Shown here: positions 9,368 to 18,191 of the stretch, in pieces
Layout of the letters: the number at the start of each line of letters is the position of its first letter
Numbering within the stretch: position 1 is the first letter of the stretch
Assembly (NCBI GenBank): GCA_014730115.1
Contig: WJIU01000024.1
Coordinates: 41,316-105,315, forward strand
Direction: 5' to 3'
DNA from: Candidatus Micrarchaeota archaeon
GTDB lineage: Archaea > Micrarchaeota > Micrarchaeia > Anstonellales > Bilamarchaeaceae
Length of the DNA stretch: 64,000 bases
Translations under genes and position numbers: made by a program
The notes under the pieces: model-generated
The model's input: the letters and a program-made list of their open reading frames with translations, nothing else
Told to the model about the DNA's origin: nothing
The model's database searches: none

Positions 9368-9916
9368 CTATTCCCCTATCATTTTCCTTGCAGTCTTCAT
9401 TCTCTCTGAGATTGATATTTTTTCCTCTACCCGGTCAAACATCATAGTCTTGCCGGCATAATCCAGGATTTCCTGTTTGTCCAGGTTCGTCATCTCAGCA
9501 GCAGTTCCCAGGCTCATGCCCTGGGCATAGAAAGTCGCGGCCATTTTGAGCCTCCCTTTGGAAACGAGGTCCAGAAGAAAGCGGGGGTCTTCTTTTTCCA
9601 GTGCAATTACCGCCTTTTCAAGTTTTGAGAAAAGCTGCACCATTTCCTTTTCCTTGGCTCCCCTCGCCCGGCGCACAATCCCAGCGAACCTGTCCTCTAT
9701 TGTTTTCAGACGGCCCGAGTACTCCTTTTTCAGGAACCTGGGCTTGGAAACTATTTTGGCAAGCACATAGGAAAAGACTGCAAGCTTGAAGGACAGCCTG
9801 TCCGATTCAAGGGCAGCAGCCTTGAGCACCTCGTCGTTGAGCTTTCTTAAACGGCTCTGATTTCTCTTACGAAAAGCAGTCAGAATCTTGGGACCCAGCT
9901 CAATAATCGGTTTCAA
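9368..9916 (-). CDS. hypothetical alpha-helical protein
   Basis: A 182-aa ORF, lysine- and arginine-rich and helical, with no recognisable motif. Confidence 0.45.
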   Translation of the reverse strand: MKPIIELGPKILTAFRKRNQSRLRKLNDEVLKAAALESDRLSFKLAVFSYVLAKIVSKPRFLKKEYSGRLKTIEDRFAGIVRRARGAKEKEMVQLFSKLEKAVIALEKEDPRFLLDLVSKGRLKMAATFYAQGMSLGTAAEMTNLDKQEILDYAGKTMMFDRVEEKISISERMKTARKMIGE

Positions 9917-10012
9917 GTGGCCACCTTTGTTTACGTATGGAAGGTTTGGGCGATACTATTAAAAATGTATCATGATTATATCATGACGGTTGCGTGACAA
10001 TATCGCAATCAT

Positions 10013-10456
10013 GTGGTGATGCTTATGGTGAATAACGACGACAAGGAATATAAAGCTACCGACAATGCATTCACCCGCGAAATCCGGAGTGACCTCGAGC
10101 ACAACATGGACAAATTCAAGGACCCTGTCGTGCTTGGAGAGATGGTCTTCCAACTGCTCGAGGAAAGGGAGAATACAAACCGCCTGCTCAAGAACATCCT
10201 GCACAGGCTGGAATCAATTGAGGCCAGGATGGGCGAAGAAGCCCAGCCAGTCATGGAACAGCCACTTCTCCCTAAAATCGATGAAGCGATACTCAAGTTC
10301 ATCAAGAAAAAAGGCAAGGCGACCGCCGAAGACGTAAGGGTGAAATTTAAGTACAAAGGAAAGAATGCTGCCTCAGCAAGGCTGAACAGGCTGTGTTCTA
10401 TGAACCTGCTTCGAAAAAAGCAGGCGGGGAAGAGGGTTTTCTTCTTTCCTTTATAA
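10013..10456 (+). CDS. winged-helix DNA-binding protein, putative transcriptional regulator
   Basis: The C-terminal ~60 aa (LPKIDEAILKFIKKKGKATAEDVRVKF...ARLNRLCSMNLLRKK) match a MarR/TrmB-like wHTH pattern. The N-terminus is a coiled coil. Confidence 0.5.
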   Translation: MVMLMVNNDDKEYKATDNAFTREIRSDLEHNMDKFKDPVVLGEMVFQLLEERENTNRLLKNILHRLESIEARMGEEAQPVMEQPLLPKIDEAILKFIKKKGKATAEDVRVKFKYKGKNAASARLNRLCSMNLLRKKQAGKRVFFFPL

Positions 10457-10477
10457 CTTCACGCTATAGCAGGGCGA

Positions 10478-10528
10478 AGAACGGATCAGCAAACCTCCCG
10501 CCTCTCTCATCTTATTATGATCCGTTCC
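10478..10528. promoter_or_regulatory. Inverted repeat (GAAGAACGGATC ... GATCCGTTCC) in the intergenic region upstream of the hydrogenase operon
   Basis: A 9-10 bp perfect inverted repeat is separated by 31 nt in the 160-nt gap before hycI. It could be an operator or an RNA hairpin. Confidence 0.3.
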
Positions 10529-10620
10529 TTCACCTGTTATCCTCCCACTCTCCTAGAGACTCTGACCAGGGTTTCTAGGACTACTCTCTTTTTTTATTTG
10601 CTTTCCCCAGTGTAAGCCAT

Positions 10621-11064
10621 ATGGAATGGCAGGAAAAACTGGAACAGTCGGTAAAAGGCAAAAAAGTCCTCTTTCTGGGCGTGGGAAATGAGATGAAAGC
10701 CGATGACGGAACAGGAAAATGTGTTTTGGACAGGCTTAAAACGGAAGATAAGCTGTTCTGCGGTGAGATGCCGGAGAATTTTATTTCAAAAATCAAAAAA
10801 GCCGGTCCTGATGTCGTGATTCTGATAGACTCTGTAGACTTCAACAGAGCGCCGGGGGAAATCTGCCTATGCAGGCCGGAAGTGGTTGAAGGCGGCAGCC
10901 TGAGCACCCATTCAATTTCCCTTTCGCTCATGCAAAAGTTGCTTCCGGGAGTGGAGGTGTATCTCCTTGGAATCCAGCCAAAAAGCCTGGAGTTCGGAAA
11001 GCCCATGAGCCGGGAAGCCATGCAGGGAGCCGAGAATATGGCAAATGTGCTTAACCGCCTGTAA
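10621..11064 (+). CDS. hycI: [NiFe]-hydrogenase maturation endopeptidase (HycI/HybD family)
   Basis: The N-terminal LFLGVGNEMKADDGTG is the HycI/HyaD family signature. 147 aa. It lies immediately upstream of the hydrogenase structural genes. Confidence 0.8.
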   Translation: MEWQEKLEQSVKGKKVLFLGVGNEMKADDGTGKCVLDRLKTEDKLFCGEMPENFISKIKKAGPDVVILIDSVDFNRAPGEICLCRPEVVEGGSLSTHSISLSLMQKLLPGVEVYLLGIQPKSLEFGKPMSREAMQGAENMANVLNRL

Positions 11065-11095
11065 CAATTATATTATTTATCTGCATAAATCAGCC

Positions 11096-11800
11096 ATGCG
11101 ACAGGCACTACCCATCCTTTCATTCCTGATAGCGGCTACTGCCATGTACCTGATACTTGTCAACGGGATAGAGCTTCCTTCCGAGTATGAGATTTTTGCG
11201 GCCCTTGTTTCAATCGCAGCAATCGGAGGGCTGAGCATCGCCGGGCTTTTTGAAAAGTCCATCATCAGGTATGCATATTTTTCTGCGGCAATACAGTTCG
11301 GCTACTTCATGCTGGATGCCAGCACTGCACTCCTGATTGACAAATCGGTCTGGTTTGCAGTTATCCAGTTCATTAATTTCGTCATTGCCGGGGGGCTATT
11401 TGCAATAGTGATTTCGCTGCTGTACAACACGGTGAGAAAAGAGCAGGTCCCTGAGTATTCCGGGCTTTATGAGAAAAACCAGCTGCTTGGGCTTGTCCTC
11501 GCAGTAAGCTGCCTCTCACTGGGAGGCATGCCCGGCTTCAACATATTCGTCGGGGAGTATCTGATCTACGGCTCGCTTTTCGCCGTCCATCCGGCGCTCA
11601 CACTCATGGCAGTGTTTGCCAGCCTGGTGGCATTCATTTTCTATTTCAGGATATGCTACGTGATGTTTGCAGGTACCGAGAGCAGAAAAATCAACTGCGG
11701 CATAATAACCAAGGCAGTGCTGGTTGTTCTTGCACTGCTCACGGTCGGACTGGGGATGCTGCCCCAAATCCTTTTCAGGGTACTGGAGATGTACATATGA
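11096..11800 (+). CDS. Antiporter-like membrane subunit (NuoL/M/N-, EchA/MbhH-like), unusually short (~235 aa)
   Basis: Multi-TM protein with LSLGGMPGFNIFVGEY matching the conserved NuoN/Mrp-type motif. It corresponds to only the C-terminal half of typical 14-TM homologues. The start was chosen at MRQALP (nt 11096), after the hycI stop. Confidence 0.55.
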   Translation: MRQALPILSFLIAATAMYLILVNGIELPSEYEIFAALVSIAAIGGLSIAGLFEKSIIRYAYFSAAIQFGYFMLDASTALLIDKSVWFAVIQFINFVIAGGLFAIVISLLYNTVRKEQVPEYSGLYEKNQLLGLVLAVSCLSLGGMPGFNIFVGEYLIYGSLFAVHPALTLMAVFASLVAFIFYFRICYVMFAGTESRKINCGIITKAVLVVLALLTVGLGMLPQILFRVLEMYI

Positions 11801-11912
11801 AGAAGACAAAGATTTATCTGGGGGGAGAGGACATCGAAGAGGATGAGATGATGCCCAGGGACTTCACCGACTTTCTTGTATCATTCATCAAGGACATCGT
11901 AGGAGGGAGGAG

Positions 11913-13979
11913 ATGAGCACGATAATCAAGAAGTCGCCATGGATAAGCTTCTACAACGCCGGAGGGTGCATCCCAGGGGACACGATGATGATCTTCAGGG
12001 ATGGCGAGATACTGACGGCCAAGGAGATCGTTGAGGACATCCTTGGTGCCAGGGATTTCACCAGACTCGGGAAGAACGAGGTCCTTGCAAGCGAGATAGA
12101 AGCCAAGACCTTGTCATGGAACTGCACTTCGCCTAAGGAGGGCATCATCAGGACAGCCTACAAGCTACCTTCCGATGGCAAGCTCATAGAGATAAACACT
12201 TCCACCACGAGATTGAGGCTCACTCCAGACCATAAGGTGCTCATAGATACGGAGAACGGCCCGCAATGGAGGGAGGCGAAGGATCTGGCGAGGAACGACC
12301 ACCTCTATTCGCCGAGGAAACTGCATGTCGATGACAGCCGGAAGGCGCCCTGCATCCTGGAATGGCTCCCGGGGCCGTTCAAAGCGATATTCAAGGATGG
12401 CATCAAGGAGAGGATAAAGGATAGGCTCAAGAAAAGGTTCGGGAACCTCAGGAAAGCCTCCGATGCCTGCGGTATAAACTACAAGAGGTTGACGCATAGC
12501 GCAGAAGGGCTGAGCGTCAGGGAGCTGCGCTCAATATCCGAAAGAACCGGCATCAGCCTGGGTTGGATGTCGAGAATGCTCATCATGACCGTCAAGGGCA
12601 CACAGAGGTCAGGCATATCGATCCGGGACATCGACGGAGAACTCCTGTATGTCCTCGGGCTCATCGCCTCAGATGGCTGCATCTCATCCAATAAGGGAAG
12701 GAGAAGAAGCTACAGGATAAGGTTCGACAACAATGAGGGCGCCCTCATCTCCGGGTTCACAAGGATCATGGACAAATGGGCTCCCGGATCCAGGATGAAG
12801 GTAGAGAGGGCGGGCAGAGTCCACAGGGCGCATGTCTGCCATTACCCATTCGCATATCTTGCAACGCATATGGGATTGAGGGGATTGTCCAGGAGGGAGG
12901 ACCTGAGGGGCATCTTCCGCCTCCCTGAGAGCATGATTGCGTCTTTCCTGGCCGGTTTCTTCGACGGTGATGGCTCAGTGGTGATCGACAGGGGAGCCGG
13001 CAGGGATAAGCCGAGAATCAGCCTCGAGATAGCCATCAAGAATTACAAAACAGCCAAGATGACCCAACTCCTTCTTAAGAGGTTGGGCATCATCAGCAAG
13101 GTATCGGCCTCCGTGAATAGGAGCAGCTTCGGCACAAGAACAATGCATAGTGTCAGGATAACAACCCCATATGACATCCGCCTGTTCGCAGAGAAGGTGC
13201 CGGTTGCCCACCCCAAGAAAAAAGCAAAGCTCAAGCAAGTCAAAGGGATTTCAAACAAGAGCCGCCAAAGCACCGGTAAGCTCTACCATGCGCCCCTCAG
13301 ATGCGGCAGCATCATCAGACAGGCAAGGAAGGAGGCTGACCTTAGTTCTGAGAGCATATTCGATCCCGCACTCCTCAGCATGATAGAGAACGGGAAGAGG
13401 GTCGAGAAAGGAACGATCGAGAGGGTGTGCAAGAACCTTGAAGAAAGGACAGGAAGAACCGAGCGCACCAAGGAGCTGCGGAAGCTGATCTCTCTGGATG
13501 CCTATCTGGACCCGGTCAAGAGCATACGCGAGATTGCTTCAAAAGATGGGTTCGTGTATAATTTCAACATCGCTGAGACGCACAAATACATCCCAGAGGG
13601 GGCATTCGTGGTGGCCAATTGCAACGGCTGCACGCTGGAGGTATTTGCATGCTTCAATCCGAGATACGATGTTACTCGGTTCGGAATGGAGCTGAAATCA
13701 AGCGCAAAGCACGCCGATGTGCTCGTGATTTCAGGAATAGTGAACCGGCAGAATGTGAAAAGGCTGAAGAAGATATACGGGCAGCTGCCCGAGCCCAAGA
13801 GGGTGGTTGCAGTAGGGGCGTGCGCGGTTACCGGAGGGCTCTACCAGGGCTCTTATTCCCAGGTGGGACCGGTGGACAAGGTAATCCCGGTGGACGTTTA
13901 TGTCCCGGGATGCCCGCCCCGCCCGGAGTCAATAATAGACGGAATAAGGAAGTGTTTGGATGCTAAACGTAACAGATGA
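11913..13979 (+). CDS. Group-4 [NiFe] hydrogenase small subunit (NuoB/EchC-like) interrupted by a 551-aa intein
   Basis: The exteins are 18 aa (ending ISFYNAGG) and 119 aa (starting CNGCTLEV, then GACAVTGG and VPGCPPRPE). Spliced together they restore the GxCNGC proximal-cluster motif. The intervening 551 aa carry intein blocks and two LAGLIDADG motifs. Confidence 0.85.
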   Translation: MSTIIKKSPWISFYNAGGCIPGDTMMIFRDGEILTAKEIVEDILGARDFTRLGKNEVLASEIEAKTLSWNCTSPKEGIIRTAYKLPSDGKLIEINTSTTRLRLTPDHKVLIDTENGPQWREAKDLARNDHLYSPRKLHVDDSRKAPCILEWLPGPFKAIFKDGIKERIKDRLKKRFGNLRKASDACGINYKRLTHSAEGLSVRELRSISERTGISLGWMSRMLIMTVKGTQRSGISIRDIDGELLYVLGLIASDGCISSNKGRRRSYRIRFDNNEGALISGFTRIMDKWAPGSRMKVERAGRVHRAHVCHYPFAYLATHMGLRGLSRREDLRGIFRLPESMIASFLAGFFDGDGSVVIDRGAGRDKPRISLEIAIKNYKTAKMTQLLLKRLGIISKVSASVNRSSFGTRTMHSVRITTPYDIRLFAEKVPVAHPKKKAKLKQVKGISNKSRQSTGKLYHAPLRCGSIIRQARKEADLSSESIFDPALLSMIENGKRVEKGTIERVCKNLEERTGRTERTKELRKLISLDAYLDPVKSIREIASKDGFVYNFNIAETHKYIPEGAFVVANCNGCTLEVFACFNPRYDVTRFGMELKSSAKHADVLVISGIVNRQNVKRLKKIYGQLPEPKRVVAVGACAVTGGLYQGSYSQVGPVDKVIPVDVYVPGCPPRPESIIDGIRKCLDAKRNR
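11967..13619 (+). other. Intein with LAGLIDADG homing-endonuclease domain inside the hydrogenase small subunit
   Basis: Block A is CIPGDTMMIF, block B is RLTPDHKVLID. Dodecapeptide motifs are LYVLGLIASDGCI and ASFLAGFFDGDGSV. Blocks F/G are VYNFNIAETHKYIPEGAFVVAN, followed by a +1 Cys (CNGC). Confidence 0.8.
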
Positions 13980-14304
13980 AATCAAAAAAATGAAGGCAGA
14001 CCGGCTGGTAAGCATAACTGTAGCCAAAGAGAAAGGTAAGAACATAGTGTTCTACCATCTTGCCAGAAACGACAGTCCGGAAATACTGGAGTATAGCATT
14101 AAAGTTCCTAAAAACGAGCAGGTGAAAAGCCTGATTGACCTGTTTGAGAACGCAGCCCTGTATGAAGCTGAGGCAACAGAGCTGTTTGGCGTAAAATTCA
14201 GGGGCAATGAGCTCAGCGGCAAGAGGCTGTTCCAGGGAGAAGGGCCTCCGATTCCCAAGACCTGCGCCTTCAAGGGCGCATTCAGGGTGACAAAAGATGC
14301 ATGA
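13960..14304 (+). CDS. NuoC/EchD-like 30-kDa-type hydrogenase subunit
   Basis: 114 aa with the ELFGVKFRGNE motif typical of NuoC-like subunits. Positioned between the small and large subunits. Confidence 0.65.
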   Translation: MLNVTDEIKKMKADRLVSITVAKEKGKNIVFYHLARNDSPEILEYSIKVPKNEQVKSLIDLFENAALYEAEATELFGVKFRGNELSGKRLFQGEGPPIPKTCAFKGAFRVTKDA

Positions 14305-15457
14305 CAAGATTTTCCCGATTGGCCCCCAGCATCCTTCTCTCAAGGAGCCGATATTCCTGAAGCTCCATGTGGACGGCAGCTACATTACCAAAGCCGAATT
14401 CAACCTCGGTTATGCGCACCGGGGGGTGGAAAAGTGTGCGGAGGGCTACCTGCTTGACACCGCACTTCATGCCGTCCAGAGGACCTGCGGCATCTGCTCC
14501 CAGTGCCATTCCCTGGCATTCCTGAACGCAGTTGAGCCCATGGCCGGGATAGAGGTGCCTGACAAGGTATACCTGCAGAGGCTGCTCTCTGCAGAGCTGG
14601 AAAGGATACACTCCCACCTCCTATGGGGTGGCCTGATGGCACATGAAATCGGCCTGGAGACCCTTTTCATGTATTACTGGCGTGAGAGGGAGCATATCCT
14701 GGACGTATTTGATGACCTTACCGGCAACCGGGTCCACCACTCCCCTGATTTGATTGGAACTGCCAAAAGGGCATTCAACAGGAAAAACCTGGATTTCATC
14801 CTTGAGAAACTCGACCTTATTGAACCGGAAGTAAAAGAACTCAAGGAAGTCATGAGGAGTGAAAGGGTAATCACCAGCAGGTTCAAGAAGCACGGAATGA
14901 TTCCCAGGAAGATGGCAATAGACCTCGGGCTGGTAGGCCCTACTGCCAGAGGCTCAGGAGTGGAGAATGACGTCCGCGTCCATGACCCCTATATGGCCTA
15001 TGCCTTCAAGGAGCTGAAGGTAAAGCCGGTGGTAAGAAACGAATGCGATTCCTGGGGAAGGTCAATGGTCCGATGCGATGAGGTCTTTGAATCTATCGGG
15101 CTGATAAGAAAGGCCTGTGAGATGATTGACCCCAAGGAGGATGTTCCCAAAAGAAAGAACGTTTTCGCAAAAGGAACCTACGGAAGGGGAAGGTCGGAAG
15201 CTCCAAGGGGGGAGAACTTCCATTTTGTGAAAGTTGAAAACAACCGGATTTCAAGAATAAAGATGAGGACGCCTACCCTGGCCAACCTGATATGCTATTC
15301 ACGGATAATGGAGGGTGAAGATATCACCGATGTTCCGGTAATCATGATGAGCCTGGACCCCTGCATCTCCTGCATGGAAAGGGTTGCAGTAATAAGAAAC
15401 GAAAAGAAAGAGGTCTGGACAAGCCACGAGCTGTTTGAGGGTAAAAAACATGATTGA
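14297..15457 (+). CDS. Group-4 [NiFe] hydrogenase large subunit (EchE/MbhL/NuoD-like)
   Basis: The N-terminal Ni-binding motif is RTCGICSQCHS (RxCGxCxxxH). The C-terminal motif is DPCISCMER, followed by a 24-aa extension that is a plausible HycI cleavage substrate. Confidence 0.85.
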   Translation: MHDKIFPIGPQHPSLKEPIFLKLHVDGSYITKAEFNLGYAHRGVEKCAEGYLLDTALHAVQRTCGICSQCHSLAFLNAVEPMAGIEVPDKVYLQRLLSAELERIHSHLLWGGLMAHEIGLETLFMYYWREREHILDVFDDLTGNRVHHSPDLIGTAKRAFNRKNLDFILEKLDLIEPEVKELKEVMRSERVITSRFKKHGMIPRKMAIDLGLVGPTARGSGVENDVRVHDPYMAYAFKELKVKPVVRNECDSWGRSMVRCDEVFESIGLIRKACEMIDPKEDVPKRKNVFAKGTYGRGRSEAPRGENFHFVKVENNRISRIKMRTPTLANLICYSRIMEGEDITDVPVIMMSLDPCISCMERVAVIRNEKKEVWTSHELFEGKKHD

Positions 15458-16277
15458 GATTTTGTATGCATTGCTGCTGATTCCGCTTGCCCTTCTGATA
15501 GAGGGTATCCGGAGGAAAGCAGTTGCAAGGATGCACAACCGGGTGGGGCCGCCCTTCCTCCAGCCTTTTTACGACATTATGAAGCTTATTTCCAAAAAGG
15601 AGTTCAGCAGAAAGAACCTTGTCTTCAATCTTGTGCCTTACCTTGCACTGCTCTGCTCGCTGGCAATGCTGCTGTTCATTCCGTTTGCCATAATAGGTTT
15701 CGACTATGATTTCCTGGTGTTCGGGTACCTTTTCATCCTCCAGGACACCTTTTACATATTCGGGGCAGTGTCCAGCCGGTCCCCATTTGCCATGTTCGCA
15801 AGCGTGAGGGAGCTTCTGCTGATGCTTGGTTACGAGATTACCTTCCTCATAGTGCTTTCCCTGTTCTTCTACGGAACCGGCGCAATGAGTTTCCAGGAGT
15901 TTGCCGCAGAATTCGCCTTCCTGAAGCTTCCGCTGGTCTCACTTTTCCTTCTGTTTACAGGCTTTGTAATACTCAGAATAACGCCCTATGACGTGATGGT
16001 TGCAGAGCCGGAGATTTCAGCCGGATTCTTCTCGGAATATTCCGGAGCGTCCCTGGCAGTCCTGGAAATCGCCGAATTCATAAAGGATTTCATAATATAC
16101 ATGCTGTTTGGCTTCCTGCTTTTCGGCCCCGGATATGCCCTTCTGCTGTCCCCGGTTTTCATGCTGTTCTACATGGTCATGCTTACAAGCTCGCCCAGGT
16201 ACTCAACAGTTGCTACGGTCAAGACATTCCTTTTCCTGGCCCTGCTCGCATTCCTGGACGTTTTCGTGGTGATATGA
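15435..16277 (+). CDS. NuoH/EchB-like integral membrane subunit
   Basis: The N-terminal RRKAVARMHNRVGPPFLQPFYDIMKLI matches the NuoH signature. About 8 TM helices. Confidence 0.8.
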   Translation: MRVKNMIEILYALLLIPLALLIEGIRRKAVARMHNRVGPPFLQPFYDIMKLISKKEFSRKNLVFNLVPYLALLCSLAMLLFIPFAIIGFDYDFLVFGYLFILQDTFYIFGAVSSRSPFAMFASVRELLLMLGYEITFLIVLSLFFYGTGAMSFQEFAAEFAFLKLPLVSLFLLFTGFVILRITPYDVMVAEPEISAGFFSEYSGASLAVLEIAEFIKDFIIYMLFGFLLFGPGYALLLSPVFMLFYMVMLTSSPRYSTVATVKTFLFLALLAFLDVFVVI

Positions 16278-16278
16278 A

Positions 16279-16641
16279 ATGGTTTCAATGATAATCAAGG
16301 TACTGAAGAATCTGCTCTCCAAGCCATTCACCTCAAAATATCCAAAGGAAAAGGCAAAGGTTTCGGTTAATTTCAGGGGAGCCATTCATGTAGACCAGGA
16401 AAACTGCATAGCCTGCAGGCTGTGCGAGGTGAACTGCCCTACCGGCGCCATTGTGGTGGACACAAAGAAGAATTACGCGGTAGTAGACAGGAGCCTCTGC
16501 ATTCTCTGCGGCATGTGCGCAGAGGTGTGCCCGGTGAACGTAATCTGGTTTTCCAACGATTACGAGAACGCAGAAAAAAAGAAAAAGGATTTCAGGAAGC
16601 AGCTGCCCGGCCCGAATCCCCGCCCCGGAAAAAGGTCCTGA
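16279..16641 (+). CDS. NuoI/EchF-like 2x[4Fe-4S] ferredoxin subunit
   Basis: Two CxxCxxCxxxCP motifs are present (CIACRLCEVNCP and CILCGMCAEVCP). Confidence 0.8.
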   Translation: MVSMIIKVLKNLLSKPFTSKYPKEKAKVSVNFRGAIHVDQENCIACRLCEVNCPTGAIVVDTKKNYAVVDRSLCILCGMCAEVCPVNVIWFSNDYENAEKKKKDFRKQLPGPNPRPGKRS

Positions 16642-16701
16642 GTCCTTTATAAGTGTTATTATTTATATTATATAATGGTATTACACATTTATAATAATTA
16701 A

Positions 16702-18159
16702 GTGAGTGGATTTACCATGCCGAAGAGACTTGACTTTGAGACAACAGCAGACATTGAGCTTCCCAAAGACCCGTTCCAGAAAATAATAGGACAGGAAGAG
16801 GCAGTGGAGATTGCGAAGATGGTTCCCCACCAGAGAAGGCATCTTTTTCTGGTCGGCCCTCCCGGAACCGGCAAAAGCATGATTGCACAGGCAATCGCCA
16901 GCGTACTCCCCAAGCCCACATATGAGGTTTCAGTGCTTGACAATCCGGAAAACCCTGACAAGCCGATTATTGAAATGCGGGATGAGAACCAGATAAAGAG
17001 GGACAAGAGAAAGGACCGCAAAGTCGGGGTGGAAGTCACCCCTCTTGAAGTGCCCACCTTTGTTTCTGAAAAGCTGGGGTTCAGGTGCAGGCGATGCGCG
17101 GCTTTGAGCCCGTTCACCGAAAGTGTGTGCCCCCAGTGCGGAGCAAACAAAATCCAGAAAAACAACCTTTTTGACAAATACGGGGTTGCGCCCCAGCTGG
17201 GGCTGGACCCCATGCTTGAGAAAGTAAGGGTAGCCACCACCAGGAGGACAATGAGCGGAAAGGAAGAAGTAATAATCTATGAAAGAACCCTTGACGGAAA
17301 AATCCTGATGCTGAAGCAGGACGAGATAAAGAAAATTGAGGAGATGAACAAGAAATCAAAAAGGAAAATAATTGTCCCCCTCAAGCGCACCAACTTTGTC
17401 CAGGCCAGCGGAGGGACCGAAACCGAGCTCCTTGGGGACATTAGGCATGACCCCTATGGAGGGCACGCGCACCTGGGAACATCCTCCTACCAGAGGGTGG
17501 TGCCAGGAGCAGTCCACGAAGCCCATGAGGGTGTGCTGTTCATTGATGAGCTTTCCACACTTGGCGAAATCCAGAGGCACATACTTACCGCAATGCAGGA
17601 AAAGCAATTTCCCATCGTGGGCAGGAACCCTATGAGCAGCGGCGCTGCGGTAAGGGTGGAAGGCGTGCCGTGCGACTTCATTTTTGTGGGAGCCTGCAAC
17701 ATCAATGACATTCGAAAGATTGTGCCTGCCCTGCGCTCCAGGATAAGGGGAGACGGATATGAAGTGCTGATGCACAGCCACATGGATGACACTCCCAGGA
17801 ACGAAGAAAAGCTTGCCCAGTTTGTTGCCCAGGAAATCATCAAGGACGGAAAGATACCCCATGCTAAAAGGCCTGCAGTACTCAGGATAGTTGAGGAGGC
17901 GCGGACAATTGCCAGGAGGGTGGACAACGCCAAGGGCCTTACCCTGAGGCTGAGGAATCTGGCCGGAATAATCAAAATGGCCGGAGACATGGCAGTTACC
18001 GCAAAAAAAGAAAACATAGAGAAGAAAGATGTCATCAAGGCTATAACCGATGCCAGGCCGATAGAGGAGAAAATCAGGGAAAAGTATGGGAACTGGTGGT
18101 CCGCAGAGGCTGCCGACTACGGAGTCACTACTGACAAGGCTGGTCCGGAAACTGCCTGA
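16702..18159 (+). CDS. AAA+ ATPase related to archaeal LonB / Mg-chelatase N-domains, with Zn-ribbon insert and no protease domain
   Basis: IIGQEEAVEIAKMV...HLFLVGPPGTGKSMIAQAIASVLP carries the Walker A. A CRRC...CPQC Zn-ribbon is inserted. Walker B is LFIDELS. The C-terminal alpha-subdomain-like region has no Ser-Lys protease domain. 485 aa. Confidence 0.6.
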   Translation: MSGFTMPKRLDFETTADIELPKDPFQKIIGQEEAVEIAKMVPHQRRHLFLVGPPGTGKSMIAQAIASVLPKPTYEVSVLDNPENPDKPIIEMRDENQIKRDKRKDRKVGVEVTPLEVPTFVSEKLGFRCRRCAALSPFTESVCPQCGANKIQKNNLFDKYGVAPQLGLDPMLEKVRVATTRRTMSGKEEVIIYERTLDGKILMLKQDEIKKIEEMNKKSKRKIIVPLKRTNFVQASGGTETELLGDIRHDPYGGHAHLGTSSYQRVVPGAVHEAHEGVLFIDELSTLGEIQRHILTAMQEKQFPIVGRNPMSSGAAVRVEGVPCDFIFVGACNINDIRKIVPALRSRIRGDGYEVLMHSHMDDTPRNEEKLAQFVAQEIIKDGKIPHAKRPAVLRIVEEARTIARRVDNAKGLTLRLRNLAGIIKMAGDMAVTAKKENIEKKDVIKAITDARPIEEKIREKYGNWWSAEAADYGVTTDKAGPETA

Positions 18160-18191
18160 TTTTTAATAGTGGAACCTTCTAATTTCATTGG

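Noticed and set aside
11797-11916. 39-aa ORF (MKKTKIYLGGEDIEEDEMMPRDF...) between the membrane subunit and the hydrogenase small subunit
   Set aside because: Too short and without recognisable motif. It could be a genuine small subunit or leader peptide but cannot be supported from sequence alone.
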